The translations under genes and the position numbers were made by a program. Below the pieces are notes generated by a model. That model was not told the origin of the DNA and did no database searches. It worked only from the letters and a program-made list of their open reading frames with translations. From positions 15,661-79,660 of the forward strand of contig JAYZQJ010000031.1 in assembly GCA_036149055.1 (NCBI GenBank): a stretch of 64,000 nt of DNA, written 5' to 3'. The first letter of the stretch is position 1. Each line of letters begins with the position of its first letter. Shown piece by piece: positions 1 through 9,267 of this stretch. Origin of the DNA: Myxococcota bacterium (GTDB lineage Bacteria; Myxococcota_A; Polyangia; Polyangiales; Sandaracinaceae).

Positions 1-889
1 GGTCCCCGAGGCGGTAGGCCTCGACCAGCGCCCGCGCCTTCTCGACGAACGCGTCGTACGCCGCCTCGTGCACGTAGATGCGCTCGATGCCGCAGCAGCT
101 CTGCCCGCTGTTGAAGAAGGCGCCGTCGATCAGCCCCTCGGCCGCCTTCTCGGGATCGGCGTCCGCCCGCACGTAGCCGGGGTCCTTGCCGCCGAGCTCG
201 AGGCCGACGCCGACGAAGCGATCGCTCGACGCGCGCTCCACCGCGTGGCCGCCCGGCACGCTCCCGGTGAAGGCGACGAAGCCGACCCGCGGATCCGCCA
301 CCGCCTCGGCGACGCGATCGTGGCTCATGTGCAAGAAGTCGAAGACGCCCGGCTCGATGCCGGCCGCCCGCGCGTGCTCCACCATGCGCTCGGAGACGAG
401 CGGCGTCTGATCGCTGTGCTTCAGCACCACCGCGTTGCCGGCCATCAGCGCCGGCACCACCGCGTTGACCGCGGTCAGCCACGGGTAGTTCCAGGGCGCG
501 AGCACGAGCACGACGCCGAGCGGCTCGCGGCGGATGAAGCGCGTGAAGCCGTCCTTCTGCGGCACCTCGACGTCGCGCAGCTCCTCCAGCCCCAGCCGGA
601 TCATCGTGCGCGCCCGGTCTTCGAACCCGCCGACCTCGCCCGGCGTCTGGGAGATCGGCCGCCCCATCTGCCAGGTCAGCTCCTCGGCGATCCGCGCTTT
701 GTCCGCGACCACCGCGTCGACGAACGCGCTCAGCCGCTCCGCGCGCTTCTCCCTCGAGGTCTCCCGCCACCCCCGCTGCGCCTCCTCGGCGCGCGAGAGC
801 GTCTCGTTCAGCTCGCCCGCCGAGGCGAGCGGGCGCTCCACGTAGATCGAGCCATCCACGGGCGACACGGTCCGAAGCTTCTCCGTCAT
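1..889 (-). CDS. Aldehyde dehydrogenase family protein (runs off the window start; not in the ORF track)
   Basis: Manual minus-strand translation from ATG at 889: MTEKLRTVSPVDGS...REPLGVVLVLAPWNYP...VLKHSDQTP...FTGSVPGG...LELGGKDP...FFNSGQSCCGIERIYV, which are canonical ALDH motifs. Confidence 0.93.
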   Translation of the reverse strand, partial: MTEKLRTVSPVDGSIYVERPLASAGELNETLSRAEEAQRGWRETSREKRAERLSAFVDAVVADKARIAEELTWQMGRPISQTPGEVGGFEDRARTMIRLGLEELRDVEVPQKDGFTRFIRREPLGVVLVLAPWNYPWLTAVNAVVPALMAGNAVVLKHSDQTPLVSERMVEHARAAGIEPGVFDFLHMSHDRVAEAVADPRVGFVAFTGSVPGGHAVERASSDRFVGVGLELGGKDPGYVRADADPEKAAEGLIDGAFFNSGQSCCGIERIYVHEAAYDAFVEKARALVEAYRLGD

Positions 890-980
890 GGCCCCATTTC
901 TAACCGCGCCGGCCCCTTCGTACGAGGGGTCGTTCGGCGAATTGCGCCGTTCGGCAGTGGCGCGCGCCAAGCCGCTCGCG

Positions 981-1830
981 GGCTCGACCGAGCGCGGGTC
1001 GGCAGCTTCGAGTTTTTGCTCTCGCCAAGCCGCCAAGCCGCAAAGAGACGGACGGGCCGCGCGATGGAGGCTCGCCGCCGGGGGCTCGAACGAGCGCGGG
1101 TCGGCAGCTGCTTTTTCTCTCGCAGAGACGCAGAGACGCAGAGAGAGAGCGGGCCGCGGGATGGAGGCTCGCCGCCGGGCGCTCGGACGAGCGCGGCGCG
1201 TGAGTAGCAATTTTGCTCTCGCCAAGCCGCCAAGCCGCAAAGGGGCGGACGGGCCGCGCGATGGAGGCTCGCCGCCGGGGGCTCGGACGAGCGCGGGTCG
1301 GCAGCTGCTTTTTCTCTCGCAGAGACGCAGAGACGCAGAGACGCAGAGAGAGAGCGGGCCGCGGGATGGGCGCTCGCCGCCAGGTGCCGAGCGGCGCGCG
1401 GGCCCTCCCCACGAGGCCAGCCAGCCCAGCCCCGGCGAGCCGCCACCCCGCCGCCCCCCCCCTTGCCGGCTTGGCGGCTTTGCGCGAGCCCATCACCCCC
1501 ACGCGCACCTGATCTGACACCACTCCGAGCGGCAGCCAGCCCAGCCCCGGCGAGCGACCACCCCGCCGCCACCCAGCCCCTTGGCGGCTTGGCGGCTTTG
1601 CGAGAGCCCATCACCCCCAAACGAACCTGATCGGACACCACTCCGAGCGTCGGCCTACCGAGCCTCGGCGAGCCGCCACCCCGCCGCCCCTCTGCGACTC
1701 TGCGTCTCTGCGAGAGACCTGTTCGACCCAGTCACCACTCCGAGCGGCAGCCCGCCCAGCCCCGGCGAGCCGCCACCCCGCGGCCACCCAGCCCCTTGGC
1801 GGCTTGGCGGCTTTGCGAGAGCCCATCACC
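981..1830. repeat. Head-to-head array of eight ~100-116 bp units built on octamer triplets (CGCCAAGC)n / (CGCAGAGA)n
   Basis: Four forward units (cores near 1019, 1117, 1216, 1314) followed by four reverse-complement units (cores near 1462, 1580, 1690, 1795). Confidence 0.9.
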
Positions 1831-1846
1831 CCCCAAACGCCCCCAC

Positions 1847-3106
1847 TCAGAGGGCGCGGGAGGTTTCTTCGAGCTCCTTGCCCTTGGTCTCGGGGAGGAG
1901 CCAGAGGATGAGGATCAGGGCGAGGATGGGGCCGATGGCGGTGATGGCGACCGCGGGGCCGTAGCCGAAGGCCTCGGCCGCCGCGCCGACCGCCCAGGGG
2001 GCGAGCACGTAGCCGATGCGGCCGAGGATGTTGTTCGACCAGGCGAAGGCGTCGCCGCGCAGGTGGGTGGGGAAGAGCTCGGTGTTGTAGGCGTTGAGCA
2101 CCGGGAGCACCGCGCTGACCCCGAAGATGGCGCCGACCACCGCGAGCGTCAGCCAGGGGCCGGGCTCGGTCAGGGTGTAGGCCGCGACGCAGGAGGCGCT
2201 GGTGACGACGAAGATGATCACCGCGCCGAGGCGCCGCCCGATCCAGTCGAGGAGCTTGCCGGCGGCGAACACGAGCGGCATCGCGGCCACCGCGGCGAGG
2301 CTGATGACGCCGCCGACCGCGGTCGCGTCCATGTGCGGCCCGTAGGCGGGCGCCGGCGCGGACGCGTACTCCTTCCAGTACATGATCGCGGTCGCGGTGC
2401 AGACGTAGGTCAGCCCCCAGATGAGCGCGAGCTGGAGCACCCGCTTCCGGTAGGGCGTCCTCCAGATGCGCATCATCGGCTTGGGCGCGGCGCGCTCCTC
2501 GGCGGTCATCGCCGCGAACCGGCTGCTCTCCTTCAGGCTCCGCCGCGCGACCGCGAGCAGGACCAGCGGGATGGCGCCGACGAAGTAGACCATGCGCCAG
2601 CCGTAGTCCGTCTCGATCAGCAGCGGCACGAGCCCGGCGCAGGCGATGCTGCCGAACGACGAGAACCCCTGGATGAGCCCGATCATCAGCCCGCGGTGCT
2701 TCGCGGGGAAGTCCTCCGCCGCGTAGACCATGCTGATGGCCCACTCCGCGATGAGGAAGATGCGCGCGAGGAACTGCGCGGCCGCGAACCACCACACGTT
2801 CGGCGCGAGGCCGGTGAGGAACGTGAAGACCGTGTAGCCCGCGATCGTGATCGTCAGGACGCGGCGTCGCCCCCACTTGTCGGCCTGCCGCACCAGCAGG
2901 TAGGCGAGGATCGTCCCGACGTTGATCACCGCCACGACGAGCCCGCCCATCGTCTCGTCGATCCCCATGTCGGCCCGGAACTCGGGGAGGATCTGGGAGA
3001 GCGCGATGTGGTCGTAGCCCTCGAAGAACGTGGCCACGCCGAGGAAGACGAACAGCCTCCAGTGATACCCGGTCAGCTTCTCGTCTTCGGGTGCCGCGTC
3101 GCTCAC
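1847..3106 (-). CDS. MFS transporter (aromatic acid/sugar porter-like)
   Basis: About 12 hydrophobic segments; motifs ADKWGRR and LDWIGRR, plus FFEGYD, ELFPTHLRG and C-terminal PETKG. Confidence 0.92.
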   Translation of the reverse strand: MSDAAPEDEKLTGYHWRLFVFLGVATFFEGYDHIALSQILPEFRADMGIDETMGGLVVAVINVGTILAYLLVRQADKWGRRRVLTITIAGYTVFTFLTGLAPNVWWFAAAQFLARIFLIAEWAISMVYAAEDFPAKHRGLMIGLIQGFSSFGSIACAGLVPLLIETDYGWRMVYFVGAIPLVLLAVARRSLKESSRFAAMTAEERAAPKPMMRIWRTPYRKRVLQLALIWGLTYVCTATAIMYWKEYASAPAPAYGPHMDATAVGGVISLAAVAAMPLVFAAGKLLDWIGRRLGAVIIFVVTSASCVAAYTLTEPGPWLTLAVVGAIFGVSAVLPVLNAYNTELFPTHLRGDAFAWSNNILGRIGYVLAPWAVGAAAEAFGYGPAVAITAIGPILALILILWLLPETKGKELEETSRAL

Positions 3107-3171
3107 GCGCGCATCATCGAAGAGCGCGCCCTCGACGTCGAGGGATTAAAAGCGAAGGCCCCCCAGCCGAC

Positions 3172-3278
3172 GGAGTCGGGAGGGGGGCCCCACGGGGGGA
3201 GGGTGGCAAGCCACGGAGTCGGGAGGGGGGCCCCATGGGGCTCGGCCCCATGGGGGGAGGGTTTGCCTCAAACCCTCC
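3172..3278. repeat. Double-hairpin REP-like element, two tandem copies (the first degenerate), at the 3' end of tssC
   Basis: ggagtcgggagggggg-ccccatggg..cccatgggg-ggagggtttg.cct.caaaccctcc; matches the reverse complement of 63730-63868. Confidence 0.8.
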
Positions 3279-3286
3279 GGCTAGCC

Positions 3287-4768
3287 TCAGTTCTTGTCCA
3301 GCTTACCCACGAGGGAGAGCGTGAAGCTCGCGCCCATGTACTTGAAGTGGGGCCGGACCTTGAGACCGCAGCGGTACCAGCCGGGCTGCCCCTCGACGTC
3401 CTCGACCACGATCTGCGCGGCGCGGAGCGGCTTGCGGGAGCGGACGGCGGGAGCCGGGTTCTCCATGTCCACCACGTACTGGCGGATCCAGTTGTTGAGC
3501 TCGCGCTCGAGATCCGCGCGCTCCTTCCACGTCCCGATCTGCTCGCGCTGCATCACCTTCAGGTAGTGAGACAGGCGGGTGATGATGAACATGTAGGGGA
3601 GCTGGGTGCCGAGGCGGTAGTTGGTCTCCGCCTCCTTGCCCTCGGGCGTGTTGGCGAAGATCTTCGGCTTCTGCGCGCTGTTCGCGGAGAAGAACGCCGC
3701 GTTGTCGCTGTCCTTGCGGAACGTGAGGCCGATGAAGCCCTGCTCGCTCATCTCGTACTCGCGACGCTCGGTGAGCTGCACCTCGGTCGGGCACTTGGTC
3801 TGGATCTCGCCCATCGCCTCGTACTGGTGGAGCGGCAGGTTCTCCACCGCGCCGCCCGCCTGCGGGCCGATGATGTTCGGGCACCAGCGGTACTTGGCGA
3901 ACGAGTCGGCCACGCGCGTCGCCATCGCGATCGCGGTGTGACCCCAGAGGTACTTGTCGTGGTCCCCGACGACCTCCTCCTTGAAGTTGAAGGACTTCAC
4001 GGGGATGGTGTCCGGGCCGTAGGGCAGCCGGAGGAGGAAGCGCGGCGCGCAGAGGCCGACGTAGCGGCTGTCCTCGCTCTCGCGGAAGCTGTGCCAGCGC
4101 GCGTACTGCGGGCCCTCGAAGAGGCTCTGCAGATCCTTGAGCTTCGGCAGCTCCTGGTAGCTCTCGCAGCCGAACATGTCGGGCGCGACGTTCGAGAGGA
4201 AGGGCGCGTGCGACATCGCCGAGACGCTGGCGATGTTCTGCAGGAGCTGCATGTCCTGCGGGCCCGGGCCGAACTCGTAGTTGCCGACGAGGCAGCCGAA
4301 GGGCTTGCCGCCGAAGGTGCCGTACTCGTTCGAGTAGACGTGCTTGTAGAGGCCCGACTTCACGATCTCCGGGCTGTCCTCGAAGTCCTCGAGGAGCTGC
4401 TCCTTGGAGACGTTGAGGATCGAGACCCGGACGTTCTCGCGGAAGTTGACGTTGTCGATGAGGTACTTGAGACCCCGCCACGTCGACTCGAGCTTCTGGA
4501 GCTGCGGGTGGTGGAGGATCGTGTTGATCTGCGCGCTCATGCGCTGATCGATCTCGGAGATCATCGCGTCGACCACCGCCTTGTCCACGCGCTCGCCCTT
4601 GCGGGAGGGCGCGAGCATCTCGGTGATGAACGCCTGGATGCCGCGGCGCGCGACGTCGTACGTCTCGTCCTCCGGCTTGATCTTCGCTTCCGCGAGCATG
4701 CTCTCGAGGAGGCTCGCGTCCTCGGCGAGGGCCTCTGCGCCCTCCGCTGCAGTCTGTTCTTCAGCCAT
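3287..4768 (-). CDS. tssC: T6SS contractile sheath large subunit
   Basis: ILHHPQLQKLESTWRGL, EYGTFGGKPFG, PRFLLRLPYG, RLGTQLPYMF, C-terminal VRPHFKY..SLVGKL. Confidence 0.97.
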   Translation of the reverse strand: MAEEQTAAEGAEALAEDASLLESMLAEAKIKPEDETYDVARRGIQAFITEMLAPSRKGERVDKAVVDAMISEIDQRMSAQINTILHHPQLQKLESTWRGLKYLIDNVNFRENVRVSILNVSKEQLLEDFEDSPEIVKSGLYKHVYSNEYGTFGGKPFGCLVGNYEFGPGPQDMQLLQNIASVSAMSHAPFLSNVAPDMFGCESYQELPKLKDLQSLFEGPQYARWHSFRESEDSRYVGLCAPRFLLRLPYGPDTIPVKSFNFKEEVVGDHDKYLWGHTAIAMATRVADSFAKYRWCPNIIGPQAGGAVENLPLHQYEAMGEIQTKCPTEVQLTERREYEMSEQGFIGLTFRKDSDNAAFFSANSAQKPKIFANTPEGKEAETNYRLGTQLPYMFIITRLSHYLKVMQREQIGTWKERADLERELNNWIRQYVVDMENPAPAVRSRKPLRAAQIVVEDVEGQPGWYRCGLKVRPHFKYMGASFTLSLVGKLDKN

Positions 4769-4794
4769 GTTCTTCTACCCCAACTCGTGAGTGC

Positions 4795-5298
4795 CTATTC
4801 GTCGCCGCCCTCGTCGTCACCCATGCCGAGCTCCTTCATGAGGCGCTCGCGGGCGGCGTCGTCCCCGAGGAGTCCCTGGATCTTCTTCCGGAACTTCGGG
4901 ATGTTCCCGAGCGGGCCCTTGAGGGCCGTCAACGCGCTGCGCAGCTGCATGAGCTGCCGGAGCTCCGGCACCTGCTCGGCGATGCCCTCGGGGGTGAAGT
5001 CCTTCAAGCCGTTGAACTTGAGGCTCACCGCCATCTCGGAGCCATCATCGCCCGACAGCTTGTCGTCGACGGTGAGGTCGAGCGACAGGTTGTGCTCGGC
5101 CATCACCTCGTTGAAGTTGTCCTTGTCGATGTTGATCGGCTTGCGCTCTTCGAGGGGCGTCTCGTCCGGCTTCCCGGTGTAGTCGCCCATCATCATGAAG
5201 CGGAGCGGAAGCTCGACCTCTTCCTGCTGATCGCCGGTGGCCGGCTTGTAGGTGATGTTCACGCGCTCCTTGGGAGCGACCGAGCCCTCTTTACCCAT
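4795..5298 (-). CDS. tssB: T6SS contractile sheath small subunit
   Basis: APKERVNITY, ELPL, IDKDNFNEVM, LKDFTPE..VPELRQL; immediately upstream of tssC. Confidence 0.97.
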   Translation of the reverse strand: MGKEGSVAPKERVNITYKPATGDQQEEVELPLRFMMMGDYTGKPDETPLEERKPINIDKDNFNEVMAEHNLSLDLTVDDKLSGDDGSEMAVSLKFNGLKDFTPEGIAEQVPELRQLMQLRSALTALKGPLGNIPKFRKKIQGLLGDDAARERLMKELGMGDDEGGDE

Positions 5299-5440
5299 CG
5301 CTTTGCTCTCCTATCTCTGGTTCCAGAGTGCTTTCACGAAGGGCCCACGAACGAACCGTGAGAGGCCCCCCTCTCAGCTGAACCCGCAGTGTGCCCAACT
5401 CGCGAGCGTTCGTGAAGCCCCGTCTTCGTGGCAATTGATC

Positions 5441-7798
5441 TCAAACCGGCGCTTTCGCGGCTCCGAGCGGGTCGACCCGACACAGCCGCCGGTACACCAG
5501 CGCGGTCTGCTGCGCGATGACCGGGTCATTTGCCTTCTTCATGGCCCTCAAGCAAGACAGGTGGCCGCGGTAACACTCCGCCGCGAGCTCCGGCTCCCAC
5601 TGCTCGAGCCGCACCGCGTCGATCTCCGCCAGCAGGGCGTCGTAGATGCCCTCGGCCGCCGGCGCGGTGTTGCCGGAGGCGAGCGCCTGGGCCATCGCGA
5701 GGCGCGCCTTGAACCGCGCCCGCCCGCTGCGCGCCGAGTGCGAGAGCCCTTCGAGCGCGCCGAGCGCCTCGTCGACCTTGCCGCCGGCCGCGAGGCTGCG
5801 CGCCTTGCCGAGGATCTCCGCGCCCTCCCCCGCGTCCGCGCCGCCCCCGCCGCCGGCGAGCTCGTTGGCGATCCAGTCCTTGGTCAGGTCACTCGCGAAC
5901 GGGAGGCCCCCGGCGAAGGACATGTCGAGCAGCTCGGGGAAGAGCTTCACCCAGAGCGCGGCGCCGGCCATGACCGCGTCGCGCGCGCCCGCGTACTCCT
6001 TGCCCATGTTGCCGAGCGCGAGCGCCGCGTAGCGATGCATGTCGAGCCAGTAGCGCTTGCCGCCGAGGGTGATCTCCGCCTTCTTGAGCAGCCCCTCCCA
6101 GTCGCCGGCCGAGAGCTTCGCGTCGAAGTCCTTGACCACCATGTCGGGCGGCGCCGGGACCTTGGTCTGGCCCCCCTCCGCCGGCGGCACGTTCGCCCCG
6201 AGCGCGAGGCCGACCCGCAGGAAGGTGTAGGACATCGGCTCGGCGAGCGACGCCTCGCGCAGCGCCTTCGACGCGTCGAGCAGCGACTTGCCGACGTCGG
6301 TGGCGAACTTCTTGATCTCCTTCGTGTCCGCGAGATCGGCGGGCGCGCTCGGGGCCGCGGGCGCGGGGGCGGCGGCGGCCGGCTTCGCGGCGGCGGGCGC
6401 GGGGCGCGGCGCGGCGGCGGGCTGAGCCTGCGGAGGCGGCGCCGCCGGCTTCGGCGCGGCGGGCTCGGGCACCGACATCTTCAGCCGCTGCACGTTGTCG
6501 AGCAGCGGGCGGATCGACGGCGCCGCGTCCTCGAACTTGTCGCGCACCACGTTGGCGAAGCGCTTGGACGCCTCCTCGAGCAGCTCGACCGCGTGGCGGT
6601 CCTTCGCGGTCAGCTTCTCGTCGGGGAGCGGGCCCTCCACTCGGTCCAGCAGCCAGGAGAGCGCGTTGCTCCGGCCGCGGATGCGTCGCGCGGGCGGGTA
6701 GCAGTCCTCCCAGTACCGCTCGCAGATCTGCGAGATCACCTCGAGGCCGATGGCGAGGCCCTCGACCCGCTTCGTCTCCCAGAGGCCGAAGGCGAGGTAG
6801 GTGGCGATGAGCAGATCCTTCGAGGTGTTCTCGAGGATGGCGCCCGCGCGCTGGATGCCGTCGTCCCAGTCGAGGTTGCCGCCGGTCGGCGAGTCGAGCG
6901 CGGTGACGTCGTTGCGCAGCTCCTCGTGCGCCAGCTCGTACTTCGCGTCGATGCCGACGGGGGAGTCGCCCGGGATGGGCTCGATCCACTTCGCCGCCTT
7001 CTCGGCGAGCTCCGCGCCGAGGTCCTTCTCCTTCGGCGCCTCGGCCTGGGCCGGGCTCGCGGGCGGGGCGGGCTCGGCCGCGGGAGGCGGCGCCTGCGCG
7101 GGAGCGGGGGTGGGCGCGGGACCGGCCGCGGGCACGGCTGCGGCCGGAGCGGCGGCGCCCGCGCCATTGTCCGGCACCGGAGGCGCGGCGTCGGGCGGGG
7201 GCGGAGGCTCGGTGTCGGACGCCGGGGCGTCGGCGCGCTCGGGGAGCGAGAGCTTCAGGCGCTCCACCGCGTCGGCCATCGGACGGACCGCGGGGGCCTG
7301 ATCCTCGAAGCGCTCGCCCACCACCGAGCGGAGGCGCTTCACCGCCGCGTCGAGCGCCTCGACCGCGTCGTGGTCGCCCGCGCCGACCTGCGTCTCGGGG
7401 AGCGAGACGTCGAGCTTCTCGGTCAGCCAGCTGATCGCGTTCACGCGGGCGCGGATCCGCCGGGCCGGCGGGTGCATCGCGTCCCAGTAGCGGTCCATCG
7501 ACTCGGCGAGCAGGAACAGCCCCGCCGCGAGGCCCATCAGCCCCTCGGTCTGGTACAGGGCGTAAGCCGCGTAGCTCTCGATGAGCAGGTCCTTGCTCTT
7601 CGAGGTGGTGAGCGACTCGGCGCTCTTCACGATCTGATCCCAGTCGGGCATCCCGGTCGTCGCCGACTCGAGCTTCGCCGCCTCGTTCCGGATCTCCTCG
7701 TGAAGGGGCTCGTAGCGGGCGTCCTCGCCGGCCGGGCTCGCGTCCGACACGGGCGCGAGCCACGGCTCGATGCGTGCCTTCGCCACCGCTTCGCTCAT
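5441..7798 (-). CDS. tssA: T6SS TssA-family protein with two tandem ImpA_N domains and a VasJ-like C-terminus
   Basis: Two copies of the P(V/I)xxxSPxGxDAxYE...SKDLL...YWxxxxPPARRIRxRxNA motif separated by Pro/Ala linkers; C-terminal YWLDMHRY, FAGGLPFASDLTKDWI and LEQWEP. Confidence 0.88.
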   Translation of the reverse strand: MSEAVAKARIEPWLAPVSDASPAGEDARYEPLHEEIRNEAAKLESATTGMPDWDQIVKSAESLTTSKSKDLLIESYAAYALYQTEGLMGLAAGLFLLAESMDRYWDAMHPPARRIRARVNAISWLTEKLDVSLPETQVGAGDHDAVEALDAAVKRLRSVVGERFEDQAPAVRPMADAVERLKLSLPERADAPASDTEPPPPPDAAPPVPDNGAGAAAPAAAVPAAGPAPTPAPAQAPPPAAEPAPPASPAQAEAPKEKDLGAELAEKAAKWIEPIPGDSPVGIDAKYELAHEELRNDVTALDSPTGGNLDWDDGIQRAGAILENTSKDLLIATYLAFGLWETKRVEGLAIGLEVISQICERYWEDCYPPARRIRGRSNALSWLLDRVEGPLPDEKLTAKDRHAVELLEEASKRFANVVRDKFEDAAPSIRPLLDNVQRLKMSVPEPAAPKPAAPPPQAQPAAAPRPAPAAAKPAAAAPAPAAPSAPADLADTKEIKKFATDVGKSLLDASKALREASLAEPMSYTFLRVGLALGANVPPAEGGQTKVPAPPDMVVKDFDAKLSAGDWEGLLKKAEITLGGKRYWLDMHRYAALALGNMGKEYAGARDAVMAGAALWVKLFPELLDMSFAGGLPFASDLTKDWIANELAGGGGGADAGEGAEILGKARSLAAGGKVDEALGALEGLSHSARSGRARFKARLAMAQALASGNTAPAAEGIYDALLAEIDAVRLEQWEPELAAECYRGHLSCLRAMKKANDPVIAQQTALVYRRLCRVDPLGAAKAPV

Positions 7799-7854
7799 CT
7801 GCTCCGCCCTCCCCTGGCTGCTCGGTCCGAGTCAGCCGATCGTGTCCATGCGGC

Positions 7855-8790
7855 TCAGCGCAGCGTGCCGGCGGCGGCGCGCTGCGCGAGCGTGTCCATC
7901 AACCCGCCGAGCGGGCTCGTCTCGTTCAGGCCCGAGAGCGTCGGGCCCAGCGTCTGCTTCGCCGCCTCGATGGCCTTCTCGCGCTCGGTGGTGAGCGGCC
8001 AGAGGCGCTGGTGCTCCATCTTCGGGTCGGAGAGGAGCTGCAGCGTGTTGAGCGGCGCCGGTCCGAGCGACAGGAGCAGCCGCGGCGCGGGGTCCTCGAT
8101 CCAGAAGTAGGAAGGATGCGCCGGCGGGAAGCCGAAGACGCGCCGGGCGAGCTCCAGCCACACGAAGAGATCGACGTCGACGTGGACCGGGCAGTCGAGC
8201 AGGGTCGACGCCTTGCCCGGGTCGGTCTTGGCCGCGTCCTGACACGCCGTGAGGAAGGTCTGGTAGGCGTAGAGGTGCCCGCCGTCGCTCGCGCCGAAGA
8301 GCCGCGCGTGGACCTCGTCCGCGAGCGGGTGCGACAGCGTCTTCTGCGCGATCTCGCCAGCCCTCGACAGGTCGCCGGGCTGCGGGAGCGGCAAGTGCTC
8401 GTGCGCGTTCCGCAGCGCGTCGAGCTCCATCTCCCCGGCCTGCTGACCGAGCGCGACCGCCGCGTCGAGGAACGGGCTGTAGGCGATCGGCAGCGTCGAG
8501 AACGCCTCCGCCGCCTGGCTCGCCGGCGCGAGCGCGAAGAAGACGATGGGGAACTTGCGCCCCACGCCGTCCTGGCTCGGGATCAGCGCCGCGACCACCG
8601 TCTTGGCGGATCCGGGCGGCGTGAACACCACGCGGATCGGGTGGTCGGGCATCTCGCCGCCGGCGCCGCGGAGCGCGTCGTTCGACTCCTGCACCCACTG
8701 CTCGAAGCTGCGCGCGGCGTCGTCCGCGACGTTCTGCCGGACGAAGTCGCCCTTGGCAGGAATCTTTCCGAAGAACCCCAGCTCCGCCAT
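7855..8790 (-). CDS. tagF: T6SS-associated protein TagF (DUF2094)
   Basis: N-terminal GFFGKIPAKGDFV and PSQDGVGRKFP signature motifs. Confidence 0.88.
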   Translation of the reverse strand: MAELGFFGKIPAKGDFVRQNVADDAARSFEQWVQESNDALRGAGGEMPDHPIRVVFTPPGSAKTVVAALIPSQDGVGRKFPIVFFALAPASQAAEAFSTLPIAYSPFLDAAVALGQQAGEMELDALRNAHEHLPLPQPGDLSRAGEIAQKTLSHPLADEVHARLFGASDGGHLYAYQTFLTACQDAAKTDPGKASTLLDCPVHVDVDLFVWLELARRVFGFPPAHPSYFWIEDPAPRLLLSLGPAPLNTLQLLSDPKMEHQRLWPLTTEREKAIEAAKQTLGPTLSGLNETSPLGGLMDTLAQRAAAGTLR

Positions 8791-8845
8791 CGAATCTCCA
8801 GGACGTGGGAACCGGGGGGATGAGACCCCAGAAGGGGCCCTCAGG

Positions 8846-9049
8846 TCAATCGTCTGACGCCCTGTCTCTCGGCTCTTCTTCGTCTTCGTCGCCGAGCAGC
8901 CGATCGATGGCGCCCGGGCCGGTCAGATCACGCCGCGTCTGGTCGAGCGCCTTGGCGGACGCGAGCAGGCGCTTCCCGACCACGGGACCCGCGAGGAGCA
9001 TGATCGCGCCCCCGATGATCAGCATCTCCATCCAGCCCAGCCCGAACAC
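8846..9049 (-). CDS. Small single-TM protein, TatA/E-like
   Basis: MFGLGWMEMLII.. N-terminal TM helix, amphipathic helix and acidic tail; the FG hinge is replaced by AG. Confidence 0.45.
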   Translation of the reverse strand: MFGLGWMEMLIIGGAIMLLAGPVVGKRLLASAKALDQTRRDLTGPGAIDRLLGDEDEEEPRDRASDD

Positions 9050-9062
9050 GCGTCGAGCGTAG

Positions 9063-9223
9063 CAGCTCGCGCCGGAAATGCGCGGGATGGATCGGCGAGC
9101 GCGACGTCGCGTCCAGCGCGGCGGGCCGACGACGAAATGCTTCAGCGTTTCGGAGGAGCGACTGGCGCGCTGGGCGCGGCGTCCCGCCGGCGAGGCGCGC
9201 GCAGTCGTTTTCGCCGCGCGCTG
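9063..9223. mobile_element. MITE-like palindromic element (161 bp)
   Basis: Imperfect terminal inverted repeats cagctcgcgccggaaat / gttttcgccgcgcgctg, flanked by gtag and ccag; long internal hairpin; second copy at 10911-10987. Confidence 0.7.
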
Positions 9224-9267
9224 CCAGGAGCGTGCCCGTGCCGCGCGGTCTCCTGTAGGCTGGGGCG

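Noticed and set aside
68..1207. 379-aa plus-strand ORF
   Set aside because: Shadow of the minus-strand aldehyde dehydrogenase
981..1830. CRISPR array
   Set aside because: The inter-core sequences are themselves repeated, the units are ~100 bp and switch orientation, and no cas genes are present
886..1964. Several 100-250 aa ORFs across the repeat array
   Set aside because: They are repetitive translations of non-coding repeats with no protein-like features
5299..5440. Sigma54 promoter upstream of tssB
   Set aside because: No correctly spaced GG-N10-GC (TGGCAC-N5-TTGC) consensus was found
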